Positions 25,074 through 35,427 of a stretch of 35,427 nucleotides of DNA are shown piece after piece. Made by a program: the position numbers and the translations under genes. The notes beneath the pieces were generated by a model. It did no database searches, was not told the DNA's origin, and worked only from the letters and a program-made list of their open reading frames with translations. Source of the DNA: Octopus bimaculoides (lineage: Eukaryota); NCBI RefSeq assembly GCF_001194135.2, contig NC_068986.1, positions 101,340,556-101,375,982 on the forward strand, read 5' to 3'. How positions within the stretch are numbered: position 1 is the stretch's first letter; each line of letters begins with the position of its first letter.

Positions 25074-25283
25074 GGGTGGCGAGCTGGCAGAATCGTTAGC
25101 GGTATTTTGTCTGCCGCTATATACCGAGTTCAAATTTCGCCGAGGTCAACTTTACTTTTCAACATTTCGGGTCGATTAAATAAGTACCAGTTACGCATTG
25201 GGGTCGATGTAATCGACTAAATCCCTTTGTCTATCCCTGTTTTCCCCTCTATGTTTAGTCCCCAGTGGGCAATAAAGATATAA
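25074..25283 (+). mobile_element. tRNA-derived SINE with a deletion between two TTAGC repeats in the head
   Basis: GGTGGCGAGCTGGCAGAATCGTTAGCGGTATT...GAGTTCAAATTTCGCCGAGGTCAACTTT...GGGTCGATTAAATAAGTACCAGTTACGCATTGGGGTCGATGTAATCGAC. The tail CCCTTTGTCTATCCCTG...GTGGGCAATAAAG is shared with the 15402 copy. Confidence 0.9.
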
Positions 25284-26571
25284 ATATAAAAACTTTAAAA
25301 ACAGTAATACAGAATGAAGACACATATGTTAAAATGTACCTAATATAATGTTTCAGACGTGGTTGTCAAATACAAATCATAAATGTGGAAACCGCAGTGG
25401 TAACATGCAGTTAACATACTTATTCTGCGTTCATGACTGGTTGACTTGAAGACCTTACTAGTATGACAAAAACTATCATTTTGGGAGAATACAACTGTTT
25501 TTTCTCTCTAACCATCTTGGTACATGGAATCATATATAACTTCGAGAATTTTTCATGCATCATAGAATCCATGAATATATATACCTCAACTTCTTTTCTG
25601 GTAAATTAGAAATAACGATCACTGGTTTAACATATCTCAGTTGTGAAATAATAAATATTCTAAAAAAAATCCATCAGAATATCCTTGTATACAATATCAG
25701 ATCAATTACAGGCCTGTTGTCATAGGTATCCCAGGTGAGATTACTTAGCTTTCGACGTCTGGGTTGCTTTTGTTTAACTATATACTATATATATTATTAA
25801 ATGAGAGAAAGTACAAAATACTTTAAGTTATGCGTTCTATTTGTTTGTTATAAAGTTTAAGTGTGCACTGCCAATATCTTTCGTGTTCTATACAATATAC
25901 GTGTGTACATTGGTGCATATACAGCTCAATTCTACATGTTATTCAGTGCATATAATTGGAAGCGTGTTTTATTAATTTTATGTGTTGTATTTTATACATT
26001 CTTGCACAGAACATTTCGAGTCTATCTAAAAGAATTCAAAATCAAATTAACCAATCTATTAAACTGATTGCGCGCGAACAAATTATTTTTCTTTTCAATT
26101 TATGTACTGAAAGAAAAAAAAAAAGATTTAGCCCGAAGCAGTATTAATGTAGATGAGTACAGTTATTAGTGAACAAGTACTCGACGAAAATTGAATACAA
26201 TATTGTGCTACAATTACTATTATTTCTTCTAAATGAACCTCTATTTTCTTGGAGCCGATCTTATTCATTCAAAATTATTACCCGGAAACTATATATTTTC
26301 TTGTTTCAGACAGCTTTTATTAACTAAAATTATCAATCGACAATGGTAATAGAGGTAATAACGTACATCTCCGGCAACCTGTCGCATATATAATAAAAGG
26401 AAACACCCCATCAACAATAATTTCAATGCACATATACACATGTGAACAAATACACACAGAGACACATTTATATAAATATATATTCATTGTTTTAATAAAT
26501 CGGTGATAGAAGAGAATATACGCTTCTAAATTGTTGTCTAGCTTATCATTAACATATTTGTAAAATTTCAG

Positions 26572-26611
26572 TAATCCATATACGAAAGAAAATAAATACC
26601 TAAACCTTATG
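26572..26611 (+). other. Candidate 40-nt internal exon (splice signals only)
   Basis: TTTCAG|TAATCC...CTTATG|GTAAGT, with one open frame NPYTKENKYLNLM. Confidence 0.2.
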
Positions 26612-26807
26612 GTAAGTGAATTTGCCAAAGCTACAAATAAAGTATTGTATAAGATGAAAAGACAGGCCACCATGATACAGGAATAAATAAAAACCTTCTG
26701 AAAATTGTAGAGTTGGAAACCCTCGTGTATTGCAATGCAATATTGAGATTGCATAAACATTTGGCAAACACAAGTTCCTTCAGCAAATATACTTAATTTT
26801 TACGCAC

Positions 26808-26924
26808 GATCATCATCATTAATACTAGCCGTATTGTTGTAGCCATGGACATCATTGTTGTCACCCGCATTATCACCGCATCCAACAACATCGCCATCTT
26901 TATCAGCAGCGGAATCGAGATCAA

Positions 26925-26978
<54 letters not shown>

Positions 26979-27030
26979 TATCATCTTCAACAACAAATTT
27001 CTCCTCTCCTCACCCTCCTCCCCATCATGA
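26808..27030. repeat. Degenerate (ATC)n array
   Basis: Pure CAT run at about 26925-26978 with degenerate flanks. Confidence 0.95.
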
Positions 27031-28356
27031 TCTTCACGAAGAAGAACAAAGACAACAATAACCATTTCGTTTGGTGCTGTTGCTGGGAGCCAATTTCAGC
27101 AAGATTTATCGTGGTCAATAAATCTATATTTCTTGCTGTTTGTTGGTATGATGTAAAGTAAATTTTATACTAATAGTAGTAGTAGTAGTAGTAGTAGTAG
27201 TACTAGTAGTTCTGATGTTGCTACTGCTGCTATTACTAGTACAAGCCGATGCCATTTTCAACTCTGCACTAATCAATCACTAGACAGGTGTAATCCGACA
27301 CTTTGTCTTAAATATGAGATTTGAAAGCCATGTTGTAGAGTCAGCCAGGAGATTGGTTGGGAGAAATAAAGTTCGATCGATCAGTTTTGTATTTGGCACT
27401 TACCTCCTAGATTTTAGTGGTCATTGTATGCTACATCGTCTGTTTCGTCTGTTTGCTTCCATTCCATTTCTGTTGCTTGAGTTTGCTTTTTTTTTCACAG
27501 TGAAAGAGAATATAAACAACGGATGGAGTTATTCAAACACACACCCAGGAATACGCACACACGCGCTAACAGGAATTAGCATGGACTGCCACATAAAAGC
27601 ACATACGCTATCATATATTCAATCACGAATAATGATGCCAAAATTAACTGGCAGCATATTGGAAAGAAGACTCCCTGTATTTCCGAAAATACTGATCTTT
27701 TCTCAGTGCGATTGCACTAACAATATATTGCTTTGCATTCGAATGTATATTTTAGGTTGCGAATTGGTGGGTCATTTGCAGTATAAAAAACATGGGTGAA
27801 GATTTTATATTGGTTAGTTTAACTTTTATATTCAGATCACTCTATAGCTATGTTTGCCTTAAAAGGCCCAGATTCGATAAATTCAGCTATCAATCAAGCC
27901 TACCAAATATATCTGGAGGCAACATATTTCGTTTAGACATGTAATTGCGCATACACGATGATGTTCATTGAGACCACAATGTATCTAGTGTTCCAGACGA
28001 CCAATGCTTGAGAGGTTTCTGCCTCCTGCTTCCATATATTAGTGTTAAAACACTGCACGTTTCGAATACGGATGTAACTTCTCTGTAAACGATATATGTA
28101 TAAAGTATGGTACACTGTTGTCTCGTATAATGAATTCCGATATATATATTTTGTCTTGATACATAATACATACGGAGGTGATGTTATCTCGGACAAATAT
28201 GATATGGGATCTATATGCATAAGTATGATATATATGGTAGCTATTTTACTGTAACACTTCTGTAAATGTTCATAACGGACACAGATACACATGTTCATAC
28301 ATATACATACGCATCTGTACATACATATACTTATATATATATATATATATATATAT

Positions 28357-28636
28357 NNNNNNNNNNNNNNNNNNNNNNNNNNNNNNNNNNNNNNNNNNNN
28401 NNNNNNNNNNNNNNNNNNNNNNNNNNNNNNNNNNNNNNNNNNNNNNNNNNNNNNNNNNNNNNNNNNNNNNNNNNNNNNNNNNNNNNNNNNNNNNNNNNNN
28501 NNNNNNNNNNNNNNNNNNNNNNNNNNNNNNNNNNNNNNNNNNNNNNNNNNNNNNNNNNNNNNNNNNNNNNNNNNNNNNNNNNNNNNNNNNNNNNNNNNNN
28601 NNNNNNNNNNNNNNNNNNNNNNNNNNNNNNNNNNNN
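28357..28636. other. Assembly gap (280 N)
   Basis: N run; (TA)n on both sides. Confidence 1.
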
Positions 28637-29568
28637 TATATATATATATATATGCATACATACATATATTACTGTAATTCTCCATATTAAGGGTGGGCAC
28701 TGTCAAGCGCAAACTTTCTAGTCACCGTATTATTTTCGATGGAGGTATTAGATGCAAAGGCGTGCTAATCTCACCTTCGCTACTTTTGTTTCGGGATAGT
28801 GATTTTTCTTGCATATTGTGATGATCAAATTACCAAAAAGGAATTCTTAAAATATCATTTTGACTTTGTGTATGTGTAAAGCAGTATCACCTTAATAATT
28901 TTATTTGTCTAATACCATCTACATCAGTTTCGACTTTAACCAGTAGCATAACCAGTTAATTAAATATAACGAGATATTCCTTCTAACATGAAAGCCTTTA
29001 TATTTCGGCAGCATCGTATGAAGGGCGAAAAATTAATTTAGCGTACTTTTAAATTGAAGGAGTTAACATCGCTTTTGTGCGTGAATATTTATAATAATTG
29101 AATAATCACTGAATTTTCACTGATGAAATTAAATTTCTGAAAGACCGAAAGGCTGGGTCCCAACTGGCGAACACATTCTGTACAAAACCTATTTTGAAAA
29201 TATTAACACATTTCCCGAATCACCCTTCACTCGAGTGCTGCATACGAAATAAACAAGAGTGTATTCCCCTTTCATAACCATTTGCATAATTTAGTAAGTC
29301 AAAATCACACTCGTCCTTCTACATATTTTGCTATGAAATTCATATTGGATGATAGATACTTCATTTCTAGTCAGTGACATAATTACTAGAGATACGCTGT
29401 GCTGTATTTCATTAAGTTAATATCCCTAAAAAAATACTTGCATTGTTCGAACGATAGTTATCATTATCTGCTCTCAGTGTAGCTTTGGTTTTTCATCACT
29501 CTCTTTATTTTATAGGTTATAGTGATTGACAACATATACATAGATAAGCACACGCATACTTACCTGAG

Positions 29569-29789
29569 TACACACACACACACACACACATACACCTACA
29601 AATAGAGATTTCTAAATGTATACGTAGACGTAAATAGTATGTCTTGTCTGTGTATGTATGCGTCATATATGAGCGTTTTCTTCTCTTTCTCTGTATGCCT
29701 ATCTCTCTGTCTCTTTTCTTCATATATGTATATACACACAAATACATATATACATATATATGTATGAATGAATAGTTATACACACACAA

Positions 29790-29851
<62 letters not shown>

Positions 29852-29980
29852 GCATATGTATAGAGAGACATATATGCATATATATGTATGGATGTACATA
29901 TACACAAATGCACACATACATACATACATACATACATACATACATACATACATACATACATGCATATACATATATATATA
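29569..29980. repeat. Compound (CA)n/(TA)n/(CATA)n microsatellite region
   Basis: Directly visible runs. Confidence 0.95.
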
Positions 29981-30840
29981 TTTATGAGAGGGAGAGCGAG
30001 AAAGATGGCCGCATGTATATGTGTATCGTAAGTGTATAGCACTGTCGCAATAAGAATCAATTTGTAACAATGGAAACTTCGACGTTGATGTTTCTCTCAC
30101 TGATTTGTAATTATTATTGAAGTCAGAATCTTACCGAAGATAAATTACTTTAAAGCCGCCTGATATTTCATTTCGTTAAGATATACGGTTTAAGTTTTTG
30201 CTGGCAGGTAAATTGCTAAGCCCCCTGGCTTACAGCAGAAACTAAGAAGTAAGAAAATTGAATTAGAATGTAGTTATTTTTCTATTTAAAATTTTTGTTA
30301 GTTAATATGATTCTGTTTATGTATTTTTGTTATTGCTTCCTTTCAATTTTCTGTCGGAATGAATTGGAATATATTAATTGATATCTCAGATAGAGAATGT
30401 TCTACACGTGATTAAGAAAGAAGAAATGTTTGAAAACTAACTGCGAATAAAGATTTATTCGTCTATCCTTGCAATCTCAACCTCTAGAAAAGGAATAATG
30501 TTTGTGTCTGTGAAGTTGCCAACGGAAGTTCGTATTAATCTTCTGGTCCACTCATCGAAATTCAAAAGAAAATAATCATTTTAAGTATTACGAAGTTTTG
30601 TAGTCACAACTAGCAGTCACTTATATATTTACTTATATATCTGCTTATATATTTTCTACAATTATTTGTTAAAGTTCTACAATAAGGTAGTATTACCAAA
30701 TCTCATCGATAACAGCCTATGATTTACAATAATAACTAGAATAATAAACGTAAGTGCATCTCTCCCTACAAACAAGGACAGACTTGTGAATGCTAGATTC
30801 ACAAGCAATATAGAAGGAGATTGTGAGAAAGAATGATGAA

Positions 30841-30880
30841 GGTGAATTAAATACTTTCTTGCATTGTAATAATAATAATG

Positions 30881-30944
<64 letters not shown>

Positions 30945-30976
30945 TAATAATAATAATGATAATAATAATTATTATT

Positions 30977-31012
<36 letters not shown>

Positions 31013-31241
31013 GTGGTTATGATGATGATGATGATGCTGATGATGATGATGATGATGCTGATGATGATGATGATTATGATGATGATGACGACGTTGATGA
31101 TGATGATGATGATGATGATGATGACGATGACGATGATGATGATGACGGTAATGATGACGATGATGATGACGGTGATGATAACAATGATGATGATGATGAT
31201 GATGATAGTAACAGTAATTATTATTTTTGTTGCTGTTGTTG

Positions 31242-31314
<73 letters not shown>

Positions 31315-31345
31315 CATAACAATGCAAGAAAGTATTTGATTCACC
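30841..31345. repeat. Foldback inverted repeat: 27-bp unique arms plus (AAT)n/(ATT)n extensions around a (GAT)n-rich loop
   Basis: 30841-30867 (GGTGAATTAAATACTTTCTTGCATTGT) is the reverse complement of 31319-31345 (ACAATGCAAGAAAGTATTTGATTCACC) at 26/27. Inside the arms lie (AAT)n at about 30868-30969 and (TAT)n at about 31246-31316. Confidence 0.95.
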
Positions 31346-32690
31346 AGTAAAAGTAGAATGATATATAAAGAATTTTGTATTGATTACGGTAAAGCAAAGT
31401 CTAAGAAAGAAAAAATTTAAGAAGGAACAGCCGTATAGATTTATTATATATTCTTGAAGAAATATGGCAATCAGACATTTCCTATTGCAAGGTATTACAC
31501 ATCAATGAGTCTTTTTTTTTTTCCTTTTTAACGTAGTAACGTATTGGATACAATTCTGGATCGCAGAGAAATCTAGCTATATTAATTAGATTGTATATCG
31601 ATCAGAAAAGTTTCTAGAAATGGAAATGAAAACGTTATATCTCGGCTGAAAAGGAAATAGGAGAAATTTCAAACCAATGTTTAGACGACTTCAACCAATG
31701 AAACATTAACTAATCTTTCGCTTCACTTGCTCGTCGTCTTCAACTAAACATCCAGCTTCTAACCATATGGCGAGGATGGAGAGAAAGATTTTGGATCATG
31801 CTAAACCGAGGTCATCAGAACACGGAGGGAAACAATGAACGATACTGGACTAGTTTCTAAAACAAAACAATGATCGCCATAACGTGTAAACATGTCTGAC
31901 ACTACTACAACCATAGTGCATCGATATAACAATATAAAGAGCAGTAAGAAAACAACATCAAAATGATGAGCCTGAACATACAAGCAACAAATCAATTAAC
32001 AAAATTAATGAAAACAAGTTCAGAAGAAGCAACAACTTAGAGAATATAAACGGTAAAAATAGCAGAGCAACATATAATTATACATTAAAATACAAGGTTT
32101 ACCGACAGAATATAAAGTTGAGTTGATAGAAGATATAATGCATAAACATATATGAAAACTTATTGGAATTTACTAATTAATGTCATTAATAAATCATGTT
32201 TTTCTACACGTAATAATGAAGGAAGAAATGGGTCCAAATTAATTGCAAATATTCAGCTTTTCGTATTCCATTGCTACTTTAATCTCTAGAAAAGGATGTC
32301 CGTCTGTGCCAGTGGAGTTATCCATGAAAGTTCGCTGATCTCAAGGGATGAGTATAAAGGCATCAGCCACATTTATCGAGCACGAAATCAGTAACACCAC
32401 ATCTTGAAATGATAAAAAACGAATAGAAAACTGAGGTGAAATGGTTGGGAAAAACTAGAAACTAGAAGCGCTGTGATGTATATACTCTACGTGTAAGCAG
32501 GAAGATTTGTAAGGACGATAACGTGGAACTCTAAGTTGTTACTAAATTCATAATTCTCAGAGCAAAATAAAACGGAGACATTGAGTGACAGAACACCTGA
32601 AGTAACAGGAAGGTTAGATTAAGTAACTGACTAGGGCAGAAATGGGGTATAATTCTGTGAAAAACTCCAACGAATGAACATGATATTCGT

Positions 32691-32782
32691 AATTGAGTAT
32701 TGGCCTCAACTGGCGAATTGAGGATTGGCCTCAATTGGCCTAAATACCACACACCTCTAGGTCTGTGGTATTTAGCCAATCG
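32691..32782. other. 25-bp tandem duplication followed by a ~46-bp near-perfect palindrome; four ATTGG/CCAAT motifs
   Basis: AATTGAGTATTGGCCTCAACTGGCG (32691-32715) is followed by AATTGAGGATTGGCCTCAATTGGCC (32716-32740). Then TTGGCCTAAATACCACACACCT-CT-AGGTCTGTGGTATTTAGCCAA spans 32735-32779. Confidence 0.85.
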
Positions 32783-35213
32783 TCAATTACATAATACACA
32801 TGATATATTGTTTGGTCATTTCCATATACATTTTATTCACTGACTTGTTTTTGTATACAGATCCGACGAGTGAGAGAGGACTAACGATTATGGCTACGTT
32901 TAAAAAACATAATTTTTGACTGTAAGTGGGTTACCACGTCATGTTTCAGACACTCGAATATCTGATTATAATCGTTGTGTGTTTCCATATAACGATGTTT
33001 TCATTAGGTTTTTCATTAACTTATATCGATTTTCTAATGTGTTGATTTCTTAATTTTCTCAACTATCTGTACTTTTGTATATTAATTCGCTGTGTCTATT
33101 GCCGCAAACAATCATCGACTATATCTTTGTTCAATCTAATGTAAGTATATGTGGCCTCTTAGTTGCAAGGGGAAATAATACCAACAACAAGAAGAACACC
33201 AGTAAGAACAACAACAATAATAATAACAGCAATAACAATAATGTTGTTGTCTGTATTTGCGAAACACATACAAGCACAGCCTATATCATTTGTAACGTTG
33301 TTCATTCAGTTTGTATTTAAGCTAAACAGCACCAAATTGTGTGTGTTGAACATTTAGTTTCTCACCAATTAGAGGATAAAAATAACACTTCAGAGTTTTC
33401 ATTCTGATATTATTTTAACAATGCGGGCGAGAATCTTATGACGGATTGGCTCCATCCATGTCCCATTCGGTGACTGTACGTGCCTTAAGTTGGATGAAAA
33501 CTGCGATAAAAACAAACGCAGCGGCAGAAGCAGCAAAGGAAATGTAGTTGAGTAGCAGCTACACAACAACCAAATCCAGCATAACCGGAACAATCAACAA
33601 TATCATGAACAACAGCAAAGATACAAGCATCCATACAAAAATGTACATCAGATCGGAGTGCAACGACTCCATTAACAATTAATGGTCTTTACTAGCAAAT
33701 GCCACAGTCACATCTCACCGAATTGCAAAGTAATTGCCGTAGTGGAAGACAAAAAGTCTTGATGTCTATTACAGTCGCCGTCTCTGTTAACACCGAAAGT
33801 GTCTGGAACAGAGACTGGTATAAGAGCAAACCTATAGTAAAACAACACAATAAGTGTATCAGGATTATTGAGGTTGACAAATGTAGCTTTCGGGAAACAA
33901 AAACTGGTGAATATACTTGCCTTTCAAATTCTTTCATGTAATTAAAATAAATACATAAATAAATAAATAGAAGTCATCATTTGGGTCATGCTTTATGCAA
34001 TGGTCACTTTGCTTCGGCCTCACGTCAACATTTCACCCGAAAGACATTCTTGAAATGAGGACTGATTTTGGATGTCAGCGTGTCACCGGCGATAAATGAG
34101 GATGATAGGGTTGGATAACATGCTCTACAAAATAAATATATGACGGTTGATAGAGGCTGTATAGTATGTTAATGAAGAGGACACCTCAATATTAGAATTA
34201 CGCAATCTTCTAAGTCGGAACTGATAGAAAGGGAACGTTTGTGGCTGCCTCATGGTTCGTGACATTAGCATGATACTCCCGGGTGAAGAGACTGATATTT
34301 TACCGCTAGGATAAACCATTGTTGCAGCTTTCAAACAAGCGCCCTCCAGCCACTGATGGATTCTTCTCCTATCTAGACACCTTCTCGAGCTTGTTTGTTT
34401 TAATGCCTAGTTTTGCATATAACTTCAAATAATCCATGAATAACAAATGACAGCTGATCTTCTCAAACATGTTGTAACCGCAGTGAGGGAATGACCGAAG
34501 AGAAAATCAGATTTTGAATCGCTCCGGAATATTTCACGAAGTTTGTTTTTTATATTCTCCGATACGTTCAAGCTTTTCTCGTGGTTGTGAAATATTTTCG
34601 TATTCCACAATCCTGTACAGCTTTGTAGAAAACTTCTCACGAAAAGAGAGATCTTGTATATATTTAGTGCCTTTAAAGCATGACATGTGTGCCACTGTCA
34701 AGCGCCTTAAGATAGTCTGTCCATGTTATGTTAAGAGTCCGTTTGTTCCATGAGCAAATTCTGAGTAAAATACGGTTTACTTATAGCTGGTCTTTATTAT
34801 TGTATGAAATACTATTAAACCCTTTGTTTTCAAAGGAAGAGATGTGCTTTTGATCGAGAAATTGGTATATTCTTTCCATGTGGATGACTGTAAATATTTT
34901 GTACAAAGAAGGGCACGGCTTGTAGGTTTTTCATTTAGGTATGTTGGCCTGTTTAGAGAATAGATGAGGTATCCTTAATATGAGCAAGTTTGTAGTATTT
35001 TCACGGTCTCTATTTATTGGGACTTTTATCATGTTCAGGAGAACTTCTAAGCTCTAGCTAGAGCTACTGCCTGCAGATATCTCAGCCATTCTTACTTCTC
35101 TCTACGCATTCAGCGTCTCTGTGGAATTTCGTTTTTATCACGTCGTAAGCTCTTCCAAATTGTTACTACTTCTTTGATATCAGGTCGATTGTTTTTCTAA
35201 TAATCAACATTGC

Positions 35214-35427
<214 letters not shown>

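Noticed and set aside
26320-26760. 146-aa minus-strand ORF
   Set aside because: F/I/Y/L-rich translation typical of AT-rich intron; no motif and no splice support.
27314-27799. 161-aa plus-strand ORF, the longest outside repeats
   Set aside because: No recognisable motif. It crosses a T-run/CAG acceptor and CA-rich low-complexity DNA, and its composition looks like translated non-coding sequence.
8552-28721. Long ORFs in the track that span N runs (e.g. 16014..16949, 10541..11317, 20951..21643, 24538..25179)
   Set aside because: Their length comes from X residues and YI/HT dipeptide repeats of microsatellites. Only the RT part of 9937..11256 is meaningful.
29119-29162. Second CTGATGA...GAAA hammerhead-like motif
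   Set aside because: Stem II does not close next to GAAA and there is no UH cleavage triplet after the putative stem III.
30002-30012. YY1-like AAGATGGCCGC
   Set aside because: Isolated motif between microsatellites with no other promoter evidence.
30677-31350. Poly-N/D/H/Y/M/I ORFs of 150-216 aa
   Set aside because: Trinucleotide repeats lack stops in several frames. The shared NARKYLIH and TMQESI ends on both strands only reflect the inverted repeat.
33440-33680. Hydrophobic minus-strand frame (MESLHSDLMYIFVW...) suggesting a membrane protein
   Set aside because: Interrupted by TAG after 37 aa; explained by the antisense of a decayed CAA/CAG-rich tract.
33826-33915. KPIVKQHNKCIRIIEVDKCSFRETK, vaguely like Merlin transposase VEIDES.F
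   Set aside because: The catalytic DES is not conserved and there are no downstream WVFG motif or TIRs.

Overview
AT-rich, microsatellite-saturated animal genomic DNA with six assembly gaps. It is probably from an Octopus species, inferred from the SINE family and the repeat landscape, not from a search. No intact protein-coding gene, RNA gene or prokaryotic-type system can be supported, and most long ORFs in the supplied track are microsatellite or N-gap artefacts. Recognisable content: a frameshifted L1/Tx1-clade RT fragment (10034-10571), a decayed RTE-clade LINE whose RT-core segment is inverted relative to its 3' part (about 20450-21000), six copies of one tRNA-derived SINE family with about three different tails, and many simple and tandem repeats. 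The most interesting unexplained structures are three. (i) A roughly 505-bp foldback at 30841-31345: 27-bp unique inverted arms extended by (AAT)n/(ATT)n around a (GAT)n loop. (ii) A 48-bp minisatellite inside a minus-strand reading frame that one extra base splits into two ORFs (4878-5424). (iii) A hairpin and CCAAT cluster at 32691-32782. A few isolated splice-signal pairs hint that the window may be intronic, but no host gene could be identified.
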